Source of the DNA: Octopus sinensis
Lineage: Eukaryota
Assembly: GCF_006345805.1 (NCBI RefSeq)
Contig: NC_042999.1
Coordinates: forward strand, 147,746,001 to 147,810,000
DNA: 64,000 nt
Direction of reading: 5' to 3'
The translations under genes were made by a program, and so were the position numbers. The notes under the pieces are model-generated. The model did not search any database. It saw only the letters and a list, made by a program, of their open reading frames with translations, and had not been told where the DNA came from. This document shows positions 49,801-61,469 of the stretch, one piece after another (position 1 is the first letter of the stretch; each line of letters begins with the position of its first letter).

Positions 49801-52534
49801 TATTATTATTATCATTATTATTATTATTATTATTGTTGTTGTTGTTGTTGTTGTTGTTGTTATTATTATTATTCCGTTTCGAGATAAGCTTTACAGGCAG
49901 AAAAGAGCCTCTAGATACGATTGTCCTCAGATAGAGCGACCAAGCGGTTATGCACGTCACGTGCACTGTCAATTTGTTGCTGACTCGTGGAATTATATAG
50001 AATAGCTGTTATCGCATAAATTTGACTCTCAGCCGAAGCCATCATGGAGATCGCTCCAACACCCACTTTTAACAAGGTAGGGCTGGCGATGTTCCTCTCT
50101 AATTGCTATGGCGAAAGAGTTTGTTTGGTGGACGAGCCTGAAAGGATTGAGAAAAGGCACCTTCATCCTCGGTCAAGCCCTCATCCAAATTTTTAAATCC
50201 TAATTGGAAAAGAAAGTGAGGGTGGAATGGAGAGTGAGACTTTTCACAGAATTTGTGAAAAAGACGGATGACTGTGGAAAAAAAAGGTAACGGTGAATGG
50301 CCATACTCCAAGCACGTATCTGTAGATTAGAGAAGATCAATTGAGAATAGACCCGTTCCATTCGTGGCCAGAATAATTACTGATGTGTTAGGTTTCTTGA
50401 TTGGCCCTAGTTGGAGTTTTTCCACATCATTCATGATGCTGCTTGACGTGGGGCAGCATTCCTTTCCATTTCTTTCTCCTCATCTTTTATGTAAGCCCCC
50501 GCACAAATTGTTGACTGCCCTTGTGATGTTCCCCTCATCAATGCCCCTACCTCAAATAAAAGGCATTATCATTACCATTATATTTGCCTCTCGTAGAACG
50601 GGGATGTGATTAAATATTGCTAGATAGATTTTATTCTAAATAACTTCCACTATTTGTTATTCTATAGCAAAGAAAATTTTGATCTCTACTATATTCCGAA
50701 GATGCTATACGAATCAATGCATTGTAGTCGATAAATGCATCTTCACAGCAATACGAAGATAGTAATTCATACTCTCACATGAACTGATAACGTTTCCAAT
50801 GCTTGTGAAATTGAGGTAAGTTTCTTGCCAGACATTAATGAAGTATACAGTAAATATACAAGCAGGAACAGAATTCAAACCTTGACATCCTGGGCTTGTT
50901 CACCTGAAGGATATATTTCACACTGAACACTATCAATTCATACTAATATAATGTACATACTGACGACAGAAAATATCCTATTTATAGACGTCATGTCAGC
51001 ATTGTGATATATTACATAACATAAATGCAGTGTATGTTATAAATTGCATCCAGAAGGAAGCGAAACCATTCCTGGTTTTGACTCTGCCCATGAAAATTTC
51101 TCAAGCTACATCCTTTACCACAAGTCCCTTTAATGTAGTTGTTGTGTTTGTTTGCGTGTATTTATTTATCTGTATTTTATTTATTTATCTATTTTATAAA
51201 TTGACACAAATCTTGTTTTCAGGCACAAACTACGACTATATAGCAACAGGTTTATTTTTCTTGGGTTTCTTAACATCATAAATGAAATTAAATGGCTTCA
51301 AGAGGTTAAAATATGTCACAATTTCTGTTAATCATTATTCTTTTGTTTATGGCATTCAACTCTATTAACTCCAGAATTTAGTAACAAAAATCCAGAAAAT
51401 ATTCCCAAAGATTTTACAGATGCTCTTGCATGAAAAATCTCCCCTTCCATTTTTTTTACTTTTTCTCGAATTGAAAATAATTTAATTTGTTTTCCTTCGA
51501 AATTATTTTAATGAGGAAATTGTTCGAGGCCATATCCACGATATGCAATTGTAAGGGAACTGCGATATTTATTTTCTCTTAATTTTCTTCATAAAATTCC
51601 CCAAAGACACAAATAGCAAAATCACTACTATCGGAAACAAAACAAACATAGAAAAACTATTTTAGCAACATTATTTATATTTATATCATTTTTTTTACAA
51701 GGATTTTGTTTTTGAGGAAAATTAACGCGTAAGGAAATTCTTTTTAAATTGAAAAGTAAATAGAGAAAATATCTTTTTTTATCTTTCGGTGTGTGGATGA
51801 ATATTAGGGAGAAAAAAAGAGAGAAGATGTGATTGTATTTCTTAAATGTATTTAGAATCAATATATTTACACAATATTGATGCGTTGATGACCAAACAGA
51901 TTCCTTATTATTGTTGTGATGTAATATTTATTGGAATAGAGACAGGATCGAACACTATAGGGACACAATGTCACGCCTAAAATATTTTTTAAATCCTCGT
52001 TACCTAGGTTCACATTAACGAAGTTCTCTCCGTTTAAGGCATTCACATACCTGCCATGAGTTTCATCAGAACTATTAATACACTACCATTCCTTTTTCCA
52101 GAATACTATTTAAAAAACAAAAGAGAAATAGACATAAAAGTCTTCCCACCCTCCGCACTGTAGTAGATCTCTTTGCAGCATATATTTCACTCTTCCATCG
52201 CATTCTTCACCAAAACGTAAGATTTTCAACTCCTGTCTCAAGTTCGTCTTTCCCTCTTTGCCGTCCAGGATACCCTCTTTATGCTAATATCATCTTCTAA
52301 AGTTAAGGCATGTGCTTATGCAGACTCCATTATCTTTGACACTCTAAATATCTAAATATTAGCCAAAACAAAATCTATTTATTCTGGATCAAATTTTCCA
52401 TCTTTATTCCTCTAAATAACACCAGCTACCTTTATGATCTCCTAATTCCTCGAACCACTAGCATTCCCTCTCTGTGTATCCTTTAAGACAGTGTCTCGCT
52501 TCTCAGCAGAGCTGAAGTGAGAGTTATATCATCC

Positions 52535-52852
52535 TTCTCAGTTCAAATTCCACCGAACTCGACTTTGCCTTCCATTCATTCGGGGTTGATAAATTAACTA
52601 CTAGTTACGCACTGGGGCCGATCTAATCGACTTAATCCGGTTGCCTGTCCTTGTTTGTCCCCTCTGTGTTTAGCCCCTTGTGGGTAGTAAAGAAATAGGT
52701 ATTACGTTCTGAGTTCAAATTCCATCGAGGTCGACATTGCTTTCATCCTTTCGGGGTCGATAAATTAAGTACCTGTTGCGTACCGGGGTCGATTTAATCG
52801 ACTGGCTCCCTCCCCAAAAATTTCGAGCCTTGTGCCTAGAGTAGAAAAGAAT
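52535..52852 (+). mobile_element. SINE family A tandem pair (tail type 1 then tail type 2)
   Basis: 52535-52700 and 52701-52852 repeat the order seen at 6096-6540. Confidence 0.85.
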
Positions 52853-53143
52853 CTCTTTAATAAACACAAATGTGGTTTGCGATCTCAGAGAAAGAGAAGA
52901 GAGAAATCGATATGGTAGAGTAAAATTGTCGTGAAGTGGGGAAAATCCATCGTTTCGGATACAGTCATACTTGAGGGAACTTTTAAAACGAGGGAAATTA
53001 ATCAGGGTTACACAATTTGTTGCAGCCATTTTCTGTGCCAGCACATAACAAAACCAGCCTCATTGAAGTTTGTTTGATCAGACACACATTATATATATAT
53101 ATTTGTGTATATATATATGCATATATATATATATAATATATAT

Positions 53144-53174
<31 letters not shown>

Positions 53175-53243
53175 GCACCTATATATGGATATATATATAT
53201 ATTTAGATATACATACATGCATGTATATATATAATATATATAT

Positions 53244-53287
<44 letters not shown>

Positions 53288-53300
53288 CTATATATGGATA

Positions 53301-53334
<34 letters not shown>

Positions 53335-53338
<4 letters not shown>

Positions 53339-53530
53339 AAAATTTACGAAAAGACAAAAGACGAAGACAGGTGGTGTACAAAACAAACAGATGTATTAGT
53401 ATAACTCTCAGGAATAGAAAAAGTCTTTTACGTTTCGTGCCTACGCTCTTCTACAGAAAGGACACAGAAAAAAACAAAGAGAGAAATAAAATGTGTGTAG
53501 TGGCTAACGATCTATCATGGCGACTGTATA
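53335..53530 (-). mobile_element. Penelope-like fragment with minimal hammerhead (A6U core) at 53425-53460
   Basis: Minus strand CTTT-CTGTAGA-A-GAGC(gtag)GCAC-GAAACGT-A-AAAG; flanked by (TA)n; homologous to 23035-23215. Confidence 0.7.
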
Positions 53531-53538
53531 TACATGTA

Positions 53539-53578
<40 letters not shown>

Positions 53579-54968
53579 GTTTTAGATTCGAGCTACTCTT
53601 AGTTTCATGCAGTGACAATGCAATTAACGGATAAGTGTAACCTGACATTGTTTCCAAGCAATTTTTCAGAATCAAATATGCCACATCATTGTGTGTTTCT
53701 AAGAAAACGAGAAATGGCGATTGTACATTTTTAAAAAAAATAACAGAAACGCGAAATGACCTATGACTTTGAGAAAAGGTGAGAAAGGGAGAGATGGAGT
53801 CAAAAGTAAAAAGAGGAATGGGACGTAAAGAAAGAGAATAGAAAAATGAAAAAGAAAAAGACAATCAAATTTTACGGCCTTTTGACTGTTCAAATCAGAA
53901 TTAATATGATCGGAATATATTAATTCAACGGTGAGAATGCCACAGTCAACAAGACTGCACACCTGATCTTGAGAGATAGGTGCCTTCCAGTTCGAACGGG
54001 GAAAAGTATATAACGCTTGATTTTTTTTTTTCTATTTTCTTGTTTGTAACAAAAGCCGAATGATCTTTAGTTGGCTGATACTCCAGGCATAATTTACATC
54101 GTATAGCGAGATAGAAACTAAGAGAGAGAATTAACCATACGAGTTGCTGAACGAGTGCACATGCAAAGCTTGGATGTAGGCAATGGGTATAGGAACGCTA
54201 CACGCACACAATGAGAAAAAGAATTTTGGAGATAGAAGAGAAGAAGGAGTAAATGTCAGAGTAGTTACAGTGGAAATAAAGTGAAGGGAATTGCGGATAA
54301 ATACGTACTTATATACTTTCATGTGAAACAAGAGATGAGAGTTGGTGGCTGTGAGAGATTGACATTAAAAGTAAAATTTTAAATAGCATACATACATCCA
54401 CGTATATGCATATAGTTGTTATAACATGATATGCACATTATTGGGAGAAGGCAGAAAAAATCATGTTATTTTATTTCAGCTTTTATATTCGAATTGGATA
54501 AAAAATTCGGATTGAAAATATAATTTCTTTCTGTGTTGATTTTAAACTATGGGAATTCACGCGCGCGTGCGTATGCATTCATCGTCACTCCTTAATTTCT
54601 GTCTCTCTTTCACTCTCCCCACCTCTCTCACACACACATACAAACACAGACAACCAGCTCAAACATTCGCGCACAAGTTATTATGGCTGTTTTAGGAGAA
54701 AAATATAGTGTTGTTTTGCATGTAACTTCAGGATTAAAAGATAAATAAAATGAAGTTATGAAAATAAATATAATAATAGCATTTCAACTTGCCGCGAAAA
54801 TCGCATGAGTTGACGCAGAAAATTGCTCATGACGTAAAAGATTGGTTCCACACTCTTTTTTACAACAAATATCATTGAAGAATGAGGGCACGGGACACTT
54901 TTTATATCAACTGAATTTCTTAAATAATGTGAGGTATCCTCCGAGTCAATATTTGCATTATTTATATC

Positions 54969-55645
54969 GGTCATATGGCGCAGTGGTTAAGAGCGCGGAC
55001 TACTAACCCTAAGATTCCGAGTTCGATTCCTAGCAATTACCTGAATGCAGTACCAATGCTTTGATGCAGTACCAATGCCCTGATGCAGTACCAGGCAGTG
55101 GCTCTCATGGCTGCTGACCTTAACTGATTGGAAGTGTTATCATGTATACTGTTTTGTCTTGGTATAAAACATGGGCTACAGCAAATACTCTGCTCAATAC
55201 CACAGATTTTCTTGTCAGTTGTTTGACCTTAACCAGTTGAGCATGTCCCTTAGTGATGAAAATATGTGCATCTCTGATCACAAGCAGAAGTAGTGGGGGA
55301 GCATCATAGTCGTGCGTTGAGAGGGGTTCTTGGGGGTTTGAATAATTCACCTCTGGAAACATGGGTATTTCGTTCAACATCCTTAAACAACTCTTATTCA
55401 GGGACCTTTTGAGCGGGATGTGTTACTCAACCAGAAGAACATTCTAACTGGGCCCCAGCTGCAAGGTCATGCGCTGTTTATCTTGATATGAGATCACCAT
55501 GTCGCGCACATATAGTTGTGATGCATGTGCCTAGTCTACCCTTATCAGACGGGTGGTCATGATGGGTATACTGGGCTTCGTATATTTTACCCCAGTGTTA
55601 CTTTGATGGCATTCACTGCTCTCTCACTCAATAATAATAATAATT

Positions 55646-55701
<56 letters not shown>

Positions 55702-55907
55702 AATAATAATGATAATAATAACAATAATAACAACATCGAAAAATACCTTCCGAATGAGAACCCAGATTCAAAATTTCCCCAAGGCACCTGTTGAAGGCTG
55801 GAGGGTTTATCAGCCGAAATGTTGTGTGAAAAACAAACAAGATGAGGACAAATATCCGTCAAATGTAAATAATGTACATAATTCCTCATCTCTTAAATAT
55901 AGAACTG
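54969..55907 (+). mobile_element. Composite SINE copy 2 (tRNA head 54969-55044 + (AAT)n + hammerhead tail 55733-55907), interrupted by a family C insertion
   Basis: A box TGGCGCAGTGG 54976-54986, B box GAGTTCGATTCC 55019-55030; tail homologous to 3176-3307; HHR CAC-CTGTTGA-A-GGCTG..CAGCC-GAAATGT-T-GTG at 55785-55826. Confidence 0.8.
55045..55630 (+). mobile_element. Family C element, full length, nested in the (AAT)n of the composite SINE
   Basis: Reverse-complement homologue of 8745-9300; 5' end has 19-nt tandem repeats; 3' end followed by (ATA)n/(GAT)n. Confidence 0.9.
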
Positions 55908-57175
55908 CTCTGAGTCATTGTTATTTCCGTAATTTAGCACCTTATCAGCGCACACGAAACATACGCATGATGAAATGCTTCCTGACTTGACCAGGTTGTC
56001 GTTGTTTTTTGTTTTTGTTTGTTTTTTTAACACACTTTATTTAGGACTGCAACATTCAATGCGATTTTTATTTTTATTTTATCACGGCATGGAATAATTT
56101 GAGGGAGATTTCTTACCTAATTCTTGGAGGTCAATGTCTATGTAGACGCTTTTTGTTTTCTCATCCAAAGCCTTGTTAGAAATTTCGTTAGCAAATCTTA
56201 ATACTTTAGCTTCCATTTTATGACCATTTAAGCGTACTACGAAATTATTAATGAGAAAATATTATTTATTGTAAGAACAAAAAATCTCTATTGACCGATA
56301 ACTCATTGAATCATAGGGGAAAATGTCTTCCTTTTCATACATTGTATCTATTGCAATAATTTATTTCATGTGTCAATGTAATATATATTTTACTACTTTG
56401 TGTAAAGTATAGAAATATACTATAATTGTTGTTTTGGTGCAATCATAACAATCTCAGTTCTATCGTAACAAAGTAGATTAAAGATTCTATAATAAATTCC
56501 AATAATTTTCTTAAGTCCAATTGACATGATTTCAGAATGGTAAGACTGCTAGTTCTAGCATGTTGAGAAACCACGACCACATGGGAGCTTTCCTCGTTAC
56601 CACATTAGTGTCAGTGTTGTGGCTATTTGAAACTGGTCATTTGTAGACATCTGATCTTGTAATACTTGTAGCAGAAGCATTATTGCATTGTAGCTTTTTA
56701 CTTCTAGCTATCTCTTTTCGGTTCATCACGTGATGGTCAGATCTATTTAGCTTTGTGCGGGCTGTCCACCCCCTTAACGTGAGAGGCTAACCAAGCGTCC
56801 CTATTCAGCTATCTAAGGGACAATTTTTCCCCTGATTCTACAGGGAGGTGAGTTTGCTACGAGAAAGTTCTGGATTTTCGACAATGGGAGCAGTTTGATT
56901 CCAGTATGCGGATTCATCTTGAACAGAATTATAACCGGAATTCTTACGCTATGCCTCGCGTCTTTCCAACATTTAAACAGAATTGTAACCAGAGTTTTTG
57001 ATGCTATACCTTAAATATTTCTAAACATCAATCTTCCATTTTTATGAGCATTTAAATGTACACAATGTATTGACAATTATTATTATCCTAACAGTTGGTT
57101 GTATCCAATTTTAGCGACGGTAATACATGTTTCAGTACGGTCAACTGTACCTTGCTTTTGCATTTGTTTATTGAT

Positions 57176-57340
57176 AGGCGCAGGAGTGGCTGTGTGGCAA
57201 GTAGCTTACTTCCCAATCACATGGTTCTGGGTAAAGTCCCACTGCATGACAAATTGGGCAAGTATCTTCCACTATAGCCTCGGACCGACCAAAGCCTTGT
57301 GAGTGGATTTGGTAGACGGAAATTGAAAGAAGCCCGTCGT
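57176..57340 (+). mobile_element. SINE family B, 5' half
   Basis: AGGCGCAGGAGTGGCTGTGTGG head to AAGCCCGTCGTATATA. Confidence 0.85.
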
Positions 57341-57546
57341 ATATATATATAACTGTGTGTGTGTAATTGTTAAAGAGGACAAGAAACGTTAAGGCAAGTC
57401 AAGCATTGAAAGTATACGAATGTTAGCATGAAGTGTATAAATGTGATAATGCGTGTATGTGTGCGTGAGCAATATGAGTCAGAGATGCTGCATGTGAGCG
57501 TATTATGTGTAGGGAGGTCATAGAGAGTTTGTGTATATATATATAT

Positions 57547-57760
57547 ATTTCTTTACTTTCCATAGAGGGGACAAACAAGAACAGACAAACGGATTAAGTC
57601 GATTACATCGACCCCAGTGCGAAATTGGTACTTTATTTATCGACCCCGAAAGGATGAAAGGCAAAGTCTACCTCGACGGAATTTGAACTCAGAACGTAAC
57701 GTCAGACGAACTACCGCTAAGCATTTCGCCCGGCGCGCTAACGTTTCTGCCAGCTCGCCG
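57547..57760 (-). mobile_element. SINE family A, tail type 1
   Basis: Reverse complement of 6096-6327. Confidence 0.9.
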
Positions 57761-57845
57761 GGTATATATATATATATATAATATATATAATATATATATT
57801 ATATATATATATATATTATATATATATAATATATATATATATACC

Positions 57846-57878
<33 letters not shown>

Positions 57879-58534
57879 TATATATATATATATATATATG
57901 TGTGTGTGGGTATATATATATATACATATATGTTTGCTTCTTTTTTCTGAATGTTTACAGTATCAGGACTTTAAACAATATGGATTTACGCAGGATTGCA
58001 TCTTAGGACTTATGGACTTATTTCTACAATATCGGAAAGTTGAACTGACTGTGGACTTCTATGCTTCTTTTTACTTCTCTTTTTTTATCCTATTCCTTTA
58101 GCCCTGTCCTCTATGTCGTCATTTCCTTAATCTATACCCTTCTCGTATTCCCTGTTTGTCTCCGTTGACGGATTTATCCCATAATCTGGGATATCCCACA
58201 AACAACTGTAAGACTTTGAATTTTTTTCCAATAATAATTATGTATATGATATGAGATGTTTGCCTTGTCTGAACGTTTATTGTCCTCTTTAACAATTATA
58301 CATCCGCTATATCGGCAATCTGCTATGGCTCCATAACTACCATCTCGGCTATAACTTTGGAGCCCTAGTAATCCGTTACGGCAATTAACTAATGTACCTA
58401 CTCGTTTAGTTCACATATATATATATATAATTATATATATATATATATATATATATAGAAGAGAGAGAGGAGAGAGAGAGAGAGAGAGATAAATGAAAGA
58501 ATGGAGTCGAACGACGATTTAACAAAATTCCTTT

Positions 58535-58619
58535 ATTCTCGACACATGTTTCGAAGACTGCATATTCTTAATTCCGAAGGAATAAAGGGTGCATTATGCC
58601 GTCTTCTCATCAGGATAAT
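58535..58619 (-). ncRNA. Type I hammerhead with canonical core, GUC triplet and extended stem II
   Basis: Minus strand ATTATC-CTGATGA-GAAGAC-[~45-nt structured insert]-GTCTTC-GAA-ACATGTGT-C-GAGAAT; stem I 5 of 6 bp paired. Confidence 0.8.
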
Positions 58620-58637
58620 TCATTCAACTACTTAAAC

Positions 58638-58724
<87 letters not shown>

Positions 58725-58804
58725 GTGTGTGTGTGTGTGTTTGTATGTTATGTATGTATGTATGTGTGTATTTAAGTGTGTATTTATGTGTGCGTTTATG
58801 TGTG

Positions 58805-59010
58805 TATTTGTGTGCCTTTGTTTGTCCTTCCACCATCGCTTGTCAACCAGTACTCGTGTGTTTGCGTCCCCGTAACTTAACGGTTCGGTAGAAAGGGACC
58901 AATAGAATAAGTATTAAGCTTACAAAGAATAAGTTCCGGCGTCGATTTGTTCGACTAAAGGCCGTACTCCAATATGGCCGCAGTCAAAGGACTGAAACAA
59001 GTAAATGAAT
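58805..59010 (+). mobile_element. SINE family B, 3' half
   Basis: TTTGTCC..CATCGCTTGTCAACC..GCAGTCAAAGGACTGAAACAAGTAAA. Confidence 0.85.
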
Positions 59011-59719
59011 AAAATAATAAAAATATCTATCCTGACTTCATTTTGCATTATCAGACCTTAGACTGCATTTCATGCAACAACTACACATTATTTCGCTAAA
59101 TACCTATTCGTGACCAGTTGACCTCTTACAAGTAGCGTCCGAACTTCCTCCAAATCGCTCTCTTGAAAACATACACACCTATGTTTAAATAAAGGCTGTA
59201 ATGGTCATAGCTAAAGACTGGAGCTGGTAGGTCTGCTCCACCTTTGCTAACCTGGGGTTAAATAAAAAATAGCATATTTAAAGTTTTAATAGCATATATA
59301 TATTTGAGACGAACATAAGATGAAGAGAAGGAGAAGAAGAAGAAGAAGAAGAAGAAGAAGAAGAAGAAGAAGAAGAAGAAGAAGAAGAAGAAGGAAAAAG
59401 AAGAAGAAGAATTAACTGTAGTAGCACTAGTAGTAATGTACCAATATCTACTACTGCTGCTATCACTACTAGTGCTACTATTACTACTGCTGCTATTGTG
59501 CCTGCATTGGTGGCGGTGGTAGTGGTAGCGAAGGTTACATCATTTGTGCTGGTTGAGATTGCAGTGACAGTGGTGACAGTGGTGGTGGTGGTGGTGGTGG
59601 TGGTGATGGTGTAGTGCTGGTGGTGGTAGTGGTGGTGATGGCGGTAGCGTAGCGTCTATGTTGGGAGCTGTGGTATTCTCCTACTCCCCCCCCCCTCGCC
59701 CGCCGGAGTATCGTGGACC

Positions 59720-59828
59720 TTAGGTGTCTTTGCTCAATAAACACTCACAATACCCGGTCTGGGAATCGAAACCACATTCTTACGACCGCAAGTCTGCTGC
59801 CCTAACCACTGGGCCATTGCTCTTCCAC
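59720..59828 (-). mobile_element. SINE family E head fragment
   Basis: Matches 24055-24161. Confidence 0.75.
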
Positions 59829-60202
59829 TTGGCAACTGTGGGTGTTCTTGTTGCTTATAGGAGGGTGGGGTTACAGTGTGAGGCAGGTTGTTTACAAATT
59901 TTTGACCATCTACGGGAATTACGTGCACCATTTATGAAACGTGTATGCGTGACGTGTATGTGTATGTGGACGTTTGATCACGACAAGGTTGCAATGAGTT
60001 TACAGGCATGTGTACGCGTGTGCGTGTAAGTACATGTGAATGTGTGTGTGTGTGCGCGTGTGTGTGTGTATGTGTATGCGTAATATGAGTGAGATATGTT
60101 TCATGTGAGCGGAGGTCGTAAGAAGGTCGTAGAGAGTTTGTGTGTAAGTGTAAGTATGTGTATATATATATATAATCATTCTCTCTTTATTTTCTCTTGT
60201 TC

Positions 60203-60238
60203 CTTTTAGATGAAGAGCGTAGGCTCGAAACGTAAAAG
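60203..60238 (+). ncRNA. Degenerate minimal hammerhead (same family as 53425-53460)
   Basis: CTTT-TAGATGA-A-GAGC(gtag)GCTC-GAAACGT-A-AAAG; C3 and U4 mutated. Confidence 0.6.
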
Positions 60239-61022
60239 TCTATAAATGTCAACTATATATATATATATATATATATTTGTTAGAGTGCTTGAGTATGAAT
60301 GTGTATGTGTCAAATGTAAAGTGATCCTTGTGAATTTTTGTGTGTATTTAATTGTGCGACTATATGCGTGTATGTGCGCTGTGTGTGTGTTGTGTGTGTT
60401 TCTGTTTGCCTGTGCGTATGTGTGTGTCTGTGTCTGCGTGAGTGTGTGTCTTGGAACGTTGAAAAATCGTAAAAGAATTAAGACTTTACAAATATGTACA
60501 TATTAAGAGACGTTTAACAGTGTGCGTATTGGGTGAGTGTGTCGGGGTGTAGAAACCGAGGGTAGGGGTAGGCAAATTGGGTTTGGATGGTAAATGAAGA
60601 AACCGTATCTATACGGATGATTAACTGCAGTCACACACGACTAAGACTTCAACGGGAAAATTGTGATTGTTATAAATGACAGGAAACAGAGAGATCAAAA
60701 TAGGATTGGTCAGAAGATTTGAAGTGACAAGCAATATACTTCACCGTCCCCGCTGGAGCTATTTCGTAGGTCGTAAGACAAATATTCCTAAAGCGCTCAG
60801 CAAACCAACGAACACTGTGTGTTTGAAGGAAAGCTAACTTCTGTTTCTGGTAAGATGAATGGCCAAGTAAGCACTCTCTGAGCGGACTGTACTGCAAAGA
60901 TTTTCATAGGTATGGCGTTATGAGAGTCTAATTATTGAAAATGCCGTCCACTTTTACTCACTTTTATCCACGCTGATTATTTTCACTCTCAAGTTAATCA
61001 CTTCTTTTATTATTTCTCTCTA

Positions 61023-61106
<84 letters not shown>

Positions 61107-61390
61107 ACACACACACATGCACACATACACAAGCACACGCACGCTCACACTCACACTCACACTCACACATCACGCATACGCATATGCATCTTCTGTTGAA
61201 TTTCTGCGAATATTTTATTATGGCAATTAGATTTGCCCTGTAGAAACTGCAGCTAATTAGAAAATTTGATACTGATCATTAATTAGTAATTAGTAGCGAG
61301 TTTTAATATGATTCCTCCCCACATATACACATATGTTTTTACATATAAATTTATACATGCACATACGTAATTTTATGCAAATATATATAC

Positions 61391-61469
<79 letters not shown>

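Noticed and set aside
53588-53635. Minus-strand GAAACTAAGAGTA resembling the stem III of the U4C hammerheads
   Set aside because: 5' core reads CCGTTAA and stem I does not pair; too degenerate to call.
54969-55044. Functional tRNA gene
   Set aside because: A and B boxes are present but the acceptor and anticodon stems are imperfect, and the sequence is the head of a repeated SINE. The same holds for the heads at 6096, 6765, 24100 and 57176.
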